The translations under genes were made by a program, and so were the position numbers. From assembly GCA_963790205.1 (NCBI GenBank), contig CAWBNQ010000003.1, forward strand, positions 256,001 through 320,000: 64,000 nucleotides of DNA, written 5' to 3'. Positions 32,096 to 41,969 of this stretch are shown in pieces; the first letter of the stretch is position 1; each line of letters opens with the position of its first letter. The DNA is from Nitrospirota bacterium. GTDB lineage: Bacteria; Nitrospirota; UBA9217. The notes under the pieces were generated by a model. The model was given only the letters and a program-made list of their open reading frames with translations, was not told the origin of the DNA and searched no databases.

Positions 32096-33916
32096 TCAGG
32101 GATAGGTTGCATTGACGTGAACTTTGACCGTTGAGTCGGCGAAATGGCATTCCAGCGTGCAACTGCCCGTATGGTTGCCGTTGTCCGTGTAGATGGGGTA
32201 CGTATTCGTTCCGGTCGGCTTCACGATCGAGGTGTCGAAATTGATAAGATGGGTGTGCGATCCCGTGGCATTGTCCGGTACGCCGTGCGGATCGTGGCAG
32301 ACCGAGCAGGGGACGGGCTTATTGTCCGTCGGCGACAGAAGGTGGCCGCTGTGCCCGCCCTGGCCGGAGGTTTGCTGGAAGCTGTTGGCATTATTGCTCA
32401 GGATGCTGGTCTCGTTATGACACCAGTAGCAGAGCGCGTAGTATTGAGATTGATAGGGCGCGTTATTGACCACGGTCTCGTATTCCTGCCTGACGAGCGG
32501 GCTCCAGATGGAGCCGTGGGGCCCCCGGGGGCCTGAGCCCCCGATGGACGAGCTGGAATCGCTGTCGTGGCAATCGGTGCAGTAGATGATGCTTGTTGCG
32601 CTCATGCCGGGGGCGTACGAGGAGGGGAAGCTCGGTATTACGGGGTTTTTCCCCGCCCCCGCGACGGGATGGTACGACGGGTTGCCCGTCTGGAACGCCA
32701 CGCGCATGTCCAGGGTGCCGACAACGCGCGCAAGGGGCGTATAATAGGTGGAGTATCGCCAGCTTGAGTCCGCATGACACTTGAAGCAGATCTCATATTC
32801 ATTCGACGCGTAATTCGCGGGCGGAACAAGCGGCGAGTTATTGATGTCCACTCCGCTTACCTGGGCCAGCTTGCCCGACACGGCCGGCGCCGCCGCGGTT
32901 TGATTGTTCACGGCATGGGGGTTGTGGCAGTCGACGCATTCCACGTGGTTCGTTATCATCAGTGGCGATTCATTCGGTTCATGATGGTTCGCCGTTACCC
33001 CGATCTCCGTGGCCGCCACATCATGCTTGTACTGTTTGCCGAACTGCGCCTGAATATTCGTCGCTGCCACGTTTCCGTTGTGGCAGGGATAGCAGTTATC
33101 TTCCTCTTGCTGGTAGTTGAGCAGCCTCATCGGTCCGCCCGCGTTATGGGGGTTGTGGCAGCTTTCACAGCCGTTCTGCTGCACCGTCGTCCATCCGAAA
33201 TCCGTGTTGACGCCCGTCCGCGGCCAGGGGTTGGTCCCGGCATTGTTCCAGGTTTGTTGTGATGTGTTATGCGACGTCTGGTCCCATCCGCTCATCGTAT
33301 GGCACTCCGTGCACAGCCCTGAGTTGACGCTGCTTACCCTGAGGAATTTTTTGTTGGTGTCGTCGTGAGGGTCATGACAGGTGGTGCACTCTATGATCTC
33401 GTTCCCGTAGAAAACGAGGTTCGCCGGCGGCACCGGGTTGATCTCCGGGTTGGAAACCGACTGGGAATAGGAAAAAGAAATGGGGTGGTGCGACGTGAGC
33501 GAGGTGCCGAAATACGACGGACTCGACGAGGGTATCCCGCCAGCGACGTTCATCGCGATCCCGCTCGACGGCTGGACCACGTCACCGAGCGCGAGGGTGC
33601 CGTCGTGGCAGCTGAGGCAGAGCCGCGACGGCCCGGTCGGCGTCGACGACGGCGCGACCATGGTCGTGCTGGTGTAGGGGGTGTAGTTGACGGCCTCGAG
33701 CTTTTTGTTCCAGAGGGGCGTCAGCGCGGTCGCATTATGCGGGGCATGGCAGAAGATGCAGATTCTGTTTTCGGTCAGCGCCTTGATCTGTCCGGGACCG
33801 CTTGCCGAAAGGTTGTGTTTGCTGTAAACAATGCTCATTTTTGCGACGGCCGGCGGGCCCGAGAAGACGCCGGCGGCGCACAACAGCAGCGCTATGGCGC
33901 GGACATGGCTACTCAT
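32096..33916 (-). CDS. Secreted multiheme cytochrome c (11 CxxCH + 1 CxxxCH) with OmcE-like N-terminal tetraheme domain
   Basis: Signal peptide; SKHNLS..ICIFCHAPH..PLWN..LCLSCHDG..HHPISF..IECTTCHDPH..LCTECH, then 7 more CxxCH and a terminal CTLECH. Confidence 0.9.
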   Translation of the reverse strand: MSSHVRAIALLLCAAGVFSGPPAVAKMSIVYSKHNLSASGPGQIKALTENRICIFCHAPHNATALTPLWNKKLEAVNYTPYTSTTMVAPSSTPTGPSRLCLSCHDGTLALGDVVQPSSGIAMNVAGGIPSSSPSYFGTSLTSHHPISFSYSQSVSNPEINPVPPANLVFYGNEIIECTTCHDPHDDTNKKFLRVSSVNSGLCTECHTMSGWDQTSHNTSQQTWNNAGTNPWPRTGVNTDFGWTTVQQNGCESCHNPHNAGGPMRLLNYQQEEDNCYPCHNGNVAATNIQAQFGKQYKHDVAATEIGVTANHHEPNESPLMITNHVECVDCHNPHAVNNQTAAAPAVSGKLAQVSGVDINNSPLVPPANYASNEYEICFKCHADSSWRYSTYYTPLARVVGTLDMRVAFQTGNPSYHPVAGAGKNPVIPSFPSSYAPGMSATSIIYCTDCHDSDSSSSIGGSGPRGPHGSIWSPLVRQEYETVVNNAPYQSQYYALCYWCHNETSILSNNANSFQQTSGQGGHSGHLLSPTDNKPVPCSVCHDPHGVPDNATGSHTHLINFDTSIVKPTGTNTYPIYTDNGNHTGSCTLECHFADSTVKVHVNATYP

Positions 33917-34949
33917 GACGGTTCCCCGTGACCTGAAACATTTGAACCCTCCGATTGTAGGTGTCGCAGACATACAAAGTGTCCCGGTTGTCCAGGACCA
34001 ACCCTGACGGCAGCCAGAATTCACCCTGGCCGGTGCCGCGCCCCCCGATCGTAAACAGGAAGTCGCCGGTCAGGCTGAAGAGCTGGACATTGTCGAACAG
34101 GGCGTCCACGACGTAAATGACGCCGGTCCTGTCCACGGCGATCCCCTTCGGCATGGAGAAATCGCCGGAACCGTCGCCATGGTGGCCGAAGGACGACAGA
34201 AAGGTCCCGGAAGCATCGAAGACCTGGATCCTGAAGTTCATGGCGTCGGTCACGTACACGCGCCCGTCGGGGGAGGCGACGATATGGGTCGGAAAATTGA
34301 ACTGCCCCTGCCGCTCGCCGGGTCCTCCGAATGAAAAGAGGAGAGTGCCCTTTGTATCGAACGCGTATACCTTGTCCGCAAGGGTGTCGACGGCGTAGAG
34401 GATCTGCCTGGTGGAGGAAAACGACAGCCCCGTGGGCCGCAGGAGGTTGTCGGCGCCGGCTTTTTTAATCGAAAAAGACGGCTCTCCGTCCCGGTCAAAC
34501 ACGTAGATCGTGCCCCTCGACGAATCCGACACGTACAGCCTCGAATCATCATCGAACGCCACGCTTACGGGGGTCCTCAGCCTGTCCTTGCGAGCGCCGT
34601 GGATCTTCCGGTATTTCCGCTCCGCGGGCACATACAGGTGCACGCACCCGCGGCCCGGATCGGCTATGGCGATCCTTTCGTCGCGTCCGATCGCCGCTGC
34701 GACGGGGCGCACGATCGTATTGTCCTCCGCCCGGTTGCCGAAGACGATGGCCTTCAAGACGTTGGGTATCGTGGTCCCCGTTTCCTTGAACCCCCTGAGC
34801 GTCCCGAGGTAGGCCGCCCGTACCCTGTTCTCCTGGTCGAGCCACCGGGGCGGCTGGTCCGCCGACTCCATGACCGGCGACCATTTTGAAGCGCATCCCG
34901 CGGCTGACAGGGCCGCCAGACAAAGGAACAGTAGCATTTTATTTTTCAT
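33909..34949 (-). CDS. NHL-repeat beta-propeller lipoprotein
   Basis: Lipobox SAAGC; repeats GQFNFPTHI, GDFSMPKGIAVD, GEFWLPSGL. Confidence 0.9.
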   Translation of the reverse strand: MKNKMLLFLCLAALSAAGCASKWSPVMESADQPPRWLDQENRVRAAYLGTLRGFKETGTTIPNVLKAIVFGNRAEDNTIVRPVAAAIGRDERIAIADPGRGCVHLYVPAERKYRKIHGARKDRLRTPVSVAFDDDSRLYVSDSSRGTIYVFDRDGEPSFSIKKAGADNLLRPTGLSFSSTRQILYAVDTLADKVYAFDTKGTLLFSFGGPGERQGQFNFPTHIVASPDGRVYVTDAMNFRIQVFDASGTFLSSFGHHGDGSGDFSMPKGIAVDRTGVIYVVDALFDNVQLFSLTGDFLFTIGGRGTGQGEFWLPSGLVLDNRDTLYVCDTYNRRVQMFQVTGNRHE

Positions 34950-35151
34950 CTGTTGTATAAAGCGGTCTCCAGCCGCGACCAAAAAAAGCCGTCATTCCCG
35001 AATGCCTTGACCGGGGTCCTGGCGGAACTACTCAGGCCATAACATAAAAGCCCACAAAGAGTCATTCAACGTCCAGAGACTGCTTCAGCTTTTTGTTTTG
35101 AGCCGATCCCATGCTCCGTCATTTCTTCGCGTCGTTGCCTGCACCCAGCGA

Positions 35152-36534
35152 TTACGAGTGGTAACGCGAGTGCAGGGTGTGCCTTCGTGTGAGGATTATT
35201 TTTCGTTTCTAACCCGCCCCATCCGCGGCAAGGCCGTTCCGGTCAGGGTTTCTTTTGCTCCCGCGGCATCGGGACATCCAGGATTTCGATCTTCGCCCCT
35301 TTTTTCAATTCCTGTTCCCACGCTTCGCGGCGTTTCCTGAGCGCGTCGGCCCTGAGCTTTTGTTCGAGAGGGCCTTTGACTTCCTCATAGGACAGCTGTC
35401 TCTCCGGCGTGTACTCGGACAGTTTCATGATGTGCACGCCGTCGCCGGTCTTTATCGCGCCGGAAAGCTCCCCCTCCTTGAGTTTCCGGGCGGCGTCATA
35501 GAGCGCGGGCTCCTTTTCTTTTTTAAGGTCGAGGTCCCGAACGATGAAGTCGCCGTCGGGAGCGAGGCTCCACGGGTTTTTGTCCTTATCAGCCTTTATT
35601 CGGGCGATGAGCTCGGCCGCTTTCTTCCTTGACGCTCCGCTGTCGAGTTTGGCCGATATGGCCACGTCGACCACGGAGACTATTTCCGGCTCGATAAACC
35701 GGCCCTTCCGGCCCTCGTATTCCTTTCGCACCTCGTCTTCGGACACGCTGACCTTCTCCGTCACTTCCTTGGCGATGATAAGCTGAAGGAGCATGCCCCG
35801 TTCCAGCCCGGAGCGAAATTCCACGTCGGTCTCGTTCCGTTTTGCCAGGAACGCGTCATAATCCTTTTGATTGTGGCCGACGAGGTAGGAAATTGCGGCG
35901 TCGATGTCCCGCTCTTTTAGATGCAACCCCTGGCGCGCCGCTTCCTGGAGCGCCAGCTCCTGGAGGACCAGCTGGTCCAGGGCCTTCCTTCGGACCTCTT
36001 CAGGCGGCCCCGGGCTTTCCCGATTGAGCGCGCTCATACGGTCCATCATATCGTGAAGCGAGCGCTGGGTTATGACCGCATCATTGACCTTTGCCACGAT
36101 GATCTTTCGCTCATCGCGCGGCGTCGCGGCCGCGCGCGGCGATATGGTTTCAGCGGCCGGGTGCAGCTTTGCGCAGCCGGCGATGACGAGAGCGGCGGCA
36201 AAAATCATGATGATGCCGGCTGTTCGAACGGGTGCTTTCACGATGTTCCTCCTCATATATTGTTACTCCTATTGTCAAAATTCACCACAGAGCGCACAGA
36301 GCAGGTCTTGAATGTATGGGGGCAACTTCCTCTGTGTCCTCCCTCCCCCCGCTGCGCTCTTTTTATTACCGGTAATTACCAGCTCAGTTTGTTTTGCCTT
36401 GTCATTTAAACCACGAGAACACAGAAGCATCTTATTGATAAATAAACTCAACGTGCTTGGATTTTACCCGGGCATTCCCCGGCGCCCTCTGCCTGCGCCC
36501 GGCGTTTACGAGTGCTCAGCGCGAGTGCAGGGTG
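35152..36534. repeat. Two copies of a ~29-bp intergenic motif (35152-35179 and 36506-36534)
   Basis: TTACGAGTG-gtaa-CGCGAGTGCAGGGTG versus TTACGAGTG-ctcag-CGCGAGTGCAGGGTG. Confidence 0.65.
35243..36256 (-). CDS. SurA/PrsA-like chaperone lipoprotein with parvulin-like domain
   Basis: Lipobox VIAGC; VAKVNDAVIT, LQELALQEAARQG, LKEGELSGAIKTGDGVHIMKL, LKKGAKIEI. Confidence 0.85.
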   Translation of the reverse strand: MRRNIVKAPVRTAGIIMIFAAALVIAGCAKLHPAAETISPRAAATPRDERKIIVAKVNDAVITQRSLHDMMDRMSALNRESPGPPEEVRRKALDQLVLQELALQEAARQGLHLKERDIDAAISYLVGHNQKDYDAFLAKRNETDVEFRSGLERGMLLQLIIAKEVTEKVSVSEDEVRKEYEGRKGRFIEPEIVSVVDVAISAKLDSGASRKKAAELIARIKADKDKNPWSLAPDGDFIVRDLDLKKEKEPALYDAARKLKEGELSGAIKTGDGVHIMKLSEYTPERQLSYEEVKGPLEQKLRADALRKRREAWEQELKKGAKIEILDVPMPREQKKP

Positions 36535-36625
36535 CGGTTTCATGCTTTGCCTCTCTTTTTTATGAAACTTTTGACGCCGCCTCGTTACTGAAGAATCAAC
36601 TTTTTTTCAAGATCATGCGACGGTA

Positions 36626-38632
36626 CTAGAACAGCTTCCTGCTCAGTGTCATGTAATAATATTGAGAGTTAAGCGTTGTTTTGGTCGTTGCCAGCATGTT
36701 CTCCTGGCGGTTCAATTGCGCCCCCCCGGTGACCGAAAAGAGGCCGAGCTGCCAGGTCAAGGAGGTGTTGATGAAGACCGTATCGGAATCGAAGGTCGAG
36801 CTGGTCCGGTAATAAGAACCTCCCATAAGAAGGACCAGGTGGTCCTGGGGAAATTTCATGTCCACGCCCATGCTCGTTCCCTCGGTCGAGGTCCGGTGCT
36901 CGGCCCCCTGCAACACTGGCGTAGGCAGATAGTCCGTCACCGTATAGAAAAGGGACGCCGTGGCGTTCGTGTCCTCACCCAGGGGCGTCCGGTATGTCGC
37001 CGTTGCTTTCCGTGATTTGTAGGGGTTCAGACGGGAATCGTAATCCTGGTATTCCACGAGGCCGGAATAGGGGCCCGCGTTTACGGTCATGCCCACGGTT
37101 TTGCTCGCGGTCCGCTCCGGGCCGCCCGCGAGCGACCCGGACACCACTTCCTGTCCCATAATAAGGTAATTGAAATACGCGGCCAAAAGGTTGTCGAGGA
37201 GGTCCAGCCTGAACAGATATCCCGAAAACGTAGAGGTGAACTTCGATTGGACCGACAGCATGTACGAGGCGCGAAATTCATACACAAAGCCGGGAGGTTC
37301 CGGCGTCGCCGTGAACACGCTTACGACCGTGATCTGGATGCTGTTCCCCAGGGCGCCGGCAACGTAGTCGATCTGCGGCCGCAAGGTGATCAGGGTCCCG
37401 GTCCCCGGGTCTTTCACTTGTATCTGGATGGTGCTTGCAAGGACATTCTGCTGGACGAGCATAAAGGTCCCTGGCACCGCGGTGCTGTGCGCCTCGTTGA
37501 GGACCACCGGCGTTCCCGTTCGTTCCGAATCCGAGCTGCCGAGCTGGATGCCGGCGGTGAGCCTTCCGGTCGGGATGGTTTTCGTGTACGTGGTGCCGAG
37601 CGTCTGAGAACGGCTCGTGATTTCCCCCGACGAGGACGTGGAGGTCAGGTCGACCAGGGAGTAGTTCGTCGTCAGGCTCCGGTAAAGCTGCTGGGAAAGG
37701 GAAAACATCGTACTGTTGGACCGGTTGGATTCCTCCGTTGCCGGGCCCGAAGGGGTTTCCCCGGTCTTGTCGACCTCGTTCCGGTACGCAGTGGAAGCGT
37801 TGGCGGTGAAGTTCCACGGCAGGGCGGCGGCCAGCTGTTCCGTCCAGAAAAACGTGGTGGCCTGAAAGTCAGGAAGAAGCGGCGAGGTCTGTTCGTGCGT
37901 TATATTGTTGACGCGGCTGTCGAGGGTGAAGCCCTCATAGCGGATGTTGTTGCCGGCGGTGTATTCATCACGCGTGGTGATGCGGTCGCCCGTTGACTGG
38001 GTTTCGGAGTGCGTATACGACGCCGTATCGGTCACCACCTGCCCCTTGTAAGCGCCGTTCACGCGGTAGGAGTTCGTGTCCGCTTTGTACAGGGTCGAAT
38101 CGACGGAAGTGTCGAAATAGCTCGCCTGAAAGGAAAGAGGCCGTTGCTTGTACTTGAAAATGGCCCCCTGTTCGTCCACGGTCCCTATCAGCCCCGCGGC
38201 CCCCCCGGGCGCCCCCGGGAAGTATCTCTGCTGATGGAGCTTGAAGAGTTCGAGGTTATAGGGGTGCTCGGGGAGCAATACCGTCCTCAGCTGGTAGCTC
38301 GTCGCGGCCGCGGTCCTCGATACCCCCGTGCCGCTCTCCTCGTTCAGCCCTTCCGACAGCGATGCGTCGAATACGAGAAATCTGGGATGATATACGAAGC
38401 CGTCGGCGGCAAAGCGGACGCTTTCGGTCAATAACCTGTCATCGGAGACGGTCCTTTGGCCGCCCTGCGTGGACTGGGTGTCGTACGACTGCGCGTTCAT
38501 TTCCAGGTATCCTTCAGAATAGGTGATTGTGGGGACAAATGAAAGCTCCTCCCCCAGGGATGCCGCAGGCGGGTTCAGAAAAAAAAACACCAGCGTTGCG
38601 CAGGCAACGCCTGTGAGAGAGGTCCCTCGCAT
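36626..38632 (-). CDS. Large outer-membrane beta-barrel protein (porin-cytochrome conduit or export channel candidate)
   Basis: Signal peptide, alternating Tyr/Thr/Ser-rich strands, GFVYHPRFL motif, C-terminal beta-signal YYYMTLSRKLF. Confidence 0.75.
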   Translation of the reverse strand: MRGTSLTGVACATLVFFFLNPPAASLGEELSFVPTITYSEGYLEMNAQSYDTQSTQGGQRTVSDDRLLTESVRFAADGFVYHPRFLVFDASLSEGLNEESGTGVSRTAAATSYQLRTVLLPEHPYNLELFKLHQQRYFPGAPGGAAGLIGTVDEQGAIFKYKQRPLSFQASYFDTSVDSTLYKADTNSYRVNGAYKGQVVTDTASYTHSETQSTGDRITTRDEYTAGNNIRYEGFTLDSRVNNITHEQTSPLLPDFQATTFFWTEQLAAALPWNFTANASTAYRNEVDKTGETPSGPATEESNRSNSTMFSLSQQLYRSLTTNYSLVDLTSTSSSGEITSRSQTLGTTYTKTIPTGRLTAGIQLGSSDSERTGTPVVLNEAHSTAVPGTFMLVQQNVLASTIQIQVKDPGTGTLITLRPQIDYVAGALGNSIQITVVSVFTATPEPPGFVYEFRASYMLSVQSKFTSTFSGYLFRLDLLDNLLAAYFNYLIMGQEVVSGSLAGGPERTASKTVGMTVNAGPYSGLVEYQDYDSRLNPYKSRKATATYRTPLGEDTNATASLFYTVTDYLPTPVLQGAEHRTSTEGTSMGVDMKFPQDHLVLLMGGSYYRTSSTFDSDTVFINTSLTWQLGLFSVTGGAQLNRQENMLATTKTTLNSQYYYMTLSRKLF

Positions 38633-38736
38633 GGTCGGGAAGACAAGGACTCCTTTTTATTCCGGCCCGGACAAACCCCGGGAAGGGGTCGGGCCGGACC
38701 AAAACTGTTTTGACCGCGAAGCGCGTGAAGATCCAT

Positions 38737-39273
38737 TTATTTCAGCAAAAAGTCGTTGTCCGATCCGTGAGGGTCGTGGCACTCCGTGCATTCCATGTCG
38801 ACCGCATCCTGATGGACCTTTCGCGAGCCGACCTCAGCCGCGTCGTGGCAGGTAAGGCAGAATTGCGAAGGGTCCGCAACGAGCATAAAAGGTTTTCCCG
38901 TGCCATGGGGATCGTGGCATACGCGGCATCCTCCCGAGGCGACGGGCCCGTGTATTTTCCTTTTCCGGATGTTCAGGTCGTGGCAGTTCAAGCACAACTT
39001 TTCCACCGGCAGGATGAGCTGGTTGCTGCCGTCCTGGCGGTGGCACGCGCTGCACATCTTTGCGGCATAAGGACCGTGTTTTCTTCCGGCGCCGGTCTGC
39101 TCATCAGCCCGGGCCCTCATGGTTTTGCCCTCGGGCCCATTTGCCATTTGCTCTCCGGGCTGGGGCACGCCGTCGAAGAAAAAGCTGAGCGCCGTGTACC
39201 GCGTCTGCGGAGAACAGCCGGACAAGGCAAGCATTGCAACGGCCACCGCGGCAAGTATCAACCGCGCGAACAT
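38737..39273 (-). CDS. Pentaheme cytochrome c lipoprotein
   Basis: Lipobox LSGC, FFFDGVP, KHGPY; five CxxCH (CSACH, CLNCH, CRVCH, CLTCH, CTECH). Confidence 0.92.
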   Translation of the reverse strand: MFARLILAAVAVAMLALSGCSPQTRYTALSFFFDGVPQPGEQMANGPEGKTMRARADEQTGAGRKHGPYAAKMCSACHRQDGSNQLILPVEKLCLNCHDLNIRKRKIHGPVASGGCRVCHDPHGTGKPFMLVADPSQFCLTCHDAAEVGSRKVHQDAVDMECTECHDPHGSDNDFLLK

Positions 39274-39276
39274 CTT

Positions 39277-40440
39277 CTATTGTCCCTCTTTGGCAGGCCC
39301 GCCCTTGTCCGCGGCTGCTTGCTCCTTCTTTGCCTTCTCAAGTCTCGCTTTCACTTGTTCCCGGAGCTCGGCGTCCGTCGGATACGTTTTCCCCTCTTCC
39401 CTGCCCACGCCGAAAATATTGATCATCCTGATTCCGAATTGACTGACGACGATGGCCAGGTTCTCGATCTTGAATTTCGGGTCCGCGTATTGTTGAAAAT
39501 ACTTGATATTGTCGTAATCCACGATTACCTGGGCGGGAAGATTCAGGTCGCCCGGAAATCTCCCGCCCTTGCTGAAGAAGAGGAGAAGGTCTCCCTCCTT
39601 GTCGAAGATCTGCACGTTGGAGAAGGCGGCGTCCACGACGTAGAGCCGGTCATCCCGGTCCACGGTGATGCCTTTCGGACGCGCGAAGGTGCCGCTCTCC
39701 GTGCCGATCTCTCCGAGGGCGCCCAGGAAATGGCCGTCCCGGTCGAATTTTACGATTTGAAACCTGGCCATATCGGACACGAGCAGGTGCCCATCTTTGT
39801 CAAAGGCCACGTTCGTGGGCCGCCCCAACCGGTCCTCGGGCGGTCCTGTCTGCCCGATTTGTCTCAGGACGTTGCCGCTCTTTTTGTCCATGACGACGAT
39901 CTCATAGTGTTTCATGTCGGCCACGTAAAGCTCGTCTCCATAGGGCACGGCGTCGACCGGCCTCATGGTGTCTGACGAACCGAAGGCGGTGACGTAAAAA
40001 TCGTTCTTGTCGAAGACGACCACCTGTCCCCTGACCGGGTCCGCCACGTACTTGTTGCCTTCGGCATCGATGCGGATATTGACGGGCTGAAGCAGCTTCC
40101 CCAGCCCCTGGGCGCCGGCGAGATCCTCAAAGGTCCTCTTATTCAGGTCAAAGACGGAGACCCCCCGGTTTGTGTCGGCGACGTAGATTTTGCCGCCCCA
40201 GATCGCAACGCCGTAGGGCTTGTCCAGCCGCCGTTTGCTCTCCTGGGCCCCGGTGATGAACCTCTCAAAAGCGGATTTTTTACGGGCGAAGTCCTTTTCC
40301 CCCACAAAGGAAGTGAGATACTGCACCCGGGGCAGTTCAGGCGGACCGGGATAGAAAACCTTGAATATTTCCTGCTTCGGGGCCGTGGTAGCGCAGCCGG
40401 CCATGAGGGCGAGGATGATGACGATACTGAATTTTTTCAT
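39277..40440 (-). CDS. NHL-repeat beta-propeller lipoprotein
   Basis: Lipobox LMAGC; FYPGPPELPRVQYL; GTFARPKGITVD; GDLNLPAQV. Confidence 0.9.
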   Translation of the reverse strand: MKKFSIVIILALMAGCATTAPKQEIFKVFYPGPPELPRVQYLTSFVGEKDFARKKSAFERFITGAQESKRRLDKPYGVAIWGGKIYVADTNRGVSVFDLNKRTFEDLAGAQGLGKLLQPVNIRIDAEGNKYVADPVRGQVVVFDKNDFYVTAFGSSDTMRPVDAVPYGDELYVADMKHYEIVVMDKKSGNVLRQIGQTGPPEDRLGRPTNVAFDKDGHLLVSDMARFQIVKFDRDGHFLGALGEIGTESGTFARPKGITVDRDDRLYVVDAAFSNVQIFDKEGDLLLFFSKGGRFPGDLNLPAQVIVDYDNIKYFQQYADPKFKIENLAIVVSQFGIRMINIFGVGREEGKTYPTDAELREQVKARLEKAKKEQAAADKGGPAKEGQ

Positions 40441-40560
40441 GATATTGTAATGGACTCCTAAATAGTTGGGAATTGTTTCATTGCGGGTATGGCAATAGTA
40501 CCATGATGGTTCTGAATTTTCAACATAATTTCAACACGCGCAAGGGCATTATGAAAAATG

Positions 40561-40600
40561 AAAAAAAAAGAGGGGGATGAAATTCATCCCCCTCTTTTTC
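40561..40600 (-). terminator. Strong intrinsic terminator after the OmcE-like gene
   Basis: GAGGGGGATG-aaatt-CATCCCCCTC flanked by A/T tracts on both sides. Confidence 0.8.
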
Positions 40601-40611
40601 ATGGTTTTTAC

Positions 40612-41367
40612 TTACTTGTCATGGCAGGTGAGGCAGATCTGGCTTCCCGTACCGGCGGGGCCGCCGTCGTCGTACGTCCAGAGGAACTTAAAGCCCTCGT
40701 TGCCCTTGTTGTGGACGGAGTGGCAGGAAACGCACTCTACATTGCCGTTCCACAGAAGGTCGTTGATGGTGAGGCCGGTGGTGCCGACGCTGCTCGAAGG
40801 ATCCATAATCCCGTCATCCACGCCCTGGACTGCAGCATAGTTGAACCCGACCGGATGATGATTGGAGAGGTCGCCGCCCGCGCCGACCTGATAGCCGGCG
40901 GGCATGGTGATGCCGCCTGCGCCTACTGTCGGGTTGCTGTCGAAGGTGCCGTAGGAGTTGACTGCAACCGAACCGTCATGGCAGCTCAGGCAAAGCTTCG
41001 ACACGCCGCCCGGTCCCGCCGAAAGGTCCGCATTCAACTGCATGGCAAGGCTGTTCGGAATGTCGCTGCCGTTCGTGTAGGAAGCATAGGAGGTGATGGT
41101 GCTCAGCGTGTGGTTCCAGAGAGGGTAGTAATTGATCTGGGTGCCTTGTACCATATCTGTTTTTCTGGCTGCGTGGTGCGGCGTATGACAAAATACGCAG
41201 ATACGGGTCTCACTAGCTTGACCCACTGCAATACCGCCAGCTCCCGTGACGCTCAAATCATGCAAAGAATCTTTAATACCCGATCCAGGAGCAACTCCAG
41301 CCATCGCAAAAGAAGCGCAGGCCAAAACCAAGCCGATCGCTAAACAAATTGAAATATACTTTTTCAT
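40612..41367 (-). CDS. omcE: OmcE-like secreted tetraheme cytochrome c (cytochrome nanowire candidate), 251 aa
   Basis: SD AAGGAG; signal peptide; motif order IKDSLHDLS..ICVFCHTPH..PLWN..LCLSCHDG..DLSNHHPVGF..VECVSCHSVH..FL..GSQICLTCHDK matches Geobacter OmcE as I recall it. Confidence 0.85.
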   Translation of the reverse strand: MKKYISICLAIGLVLACASFAMAGVAPGSGIKDSLHDLSVTGAGGIAVGQASETRICVFCHTPHHAARKTDMVQGTQINYYPLWNHTLSTITSYASYTNGSDIPNSLAMQLNADLSAGPGGVSKLCLSCHDGSVAVNSYGTFDSNPTVGAGGITMPAGYQVGAGGDLSNHHPVGFNYAAVQGVDDGIMDPSSSVGTTGLTINDLLWNGNVECVSCHSVHNKGNEGFKFLWTYDDGGPAGTGSQICLTCHDK

Positions 41368-41560
41368 TACGTATTCTCCTTTTTCTTTGTCCTGTTTATA
41401 AAAAACAGGATGTTTAGTAGAATGTAGGGTCTCCCTAAAATTATAGGTAAACTCCTTTTTTGCCCCTGTTTCCTGAAGCTGAAGCAGGGTTTGTCCCAGC
41501 CGGCTTTCCCCCGAAGGCCGAACAAAGACATGAATGCTATGGCAGGCTGATTCTGATAAT

Positions 41561-41576
41561 AGCAATAGTAGTGCCA
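41561..41576 (-). promoter_or_regulatory. Sigma54 promoter of the omcE-like operon
   Basis: Minus strand TGGCACTACTATTGCT. Confidence 0.8.
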
Positions 41577-41932
41577 GAATAAAATAATATATTTTACAAT
41601 AAGTTGTAAAATATGCGATGGTATTGACCAATGCTCCTGGGTGATATGACCCAATGTTGGCGTGTACAGACTACAAGAAGTGAATAAAAGCTCTAATTTT
41701 CGCGCAAGGTCGCAGGTAAAGTATGGATCCCAAAAGCTATTGAGACGCAGAAAAATTGGCAAAATACGACAACCTAAAGGATAGACGCTTCGAAAAAGTA
41801 TTTCAGCTGTCTTTCGAGATCCATCGCGTGCCATTGCGATCCAAGGGAGAAGCAATTCGGTCATATATTTTGAGTTACCATAGATTTTCATGGTGGGAAA
41901 AAGTTTCAACTTAATTTTGCCTGGGTCTGGGT

Positions 41933-41969
41933 TGGGTGAAATAACCCCGGTTTTAGGTTAAATACCGCT
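41933..41969. promoter_or_regulatory. Candidate tandem enhancer-binding-protein sites
   Basis: TGGGTGAAATAACCCC and TAGGTTAAATACCGCT 21 bp apart; resemble the pair at 55245-55282. Confidence 0.45.

Noticed and set aside
41367..41909. 180-aa ORF and the 88-aa N-terminal extension of the OmcE-like ORF
   Set aside because: They run through an AT-rich promoter region containing the sigma54 site; SD and signal peptide support a start at 41367
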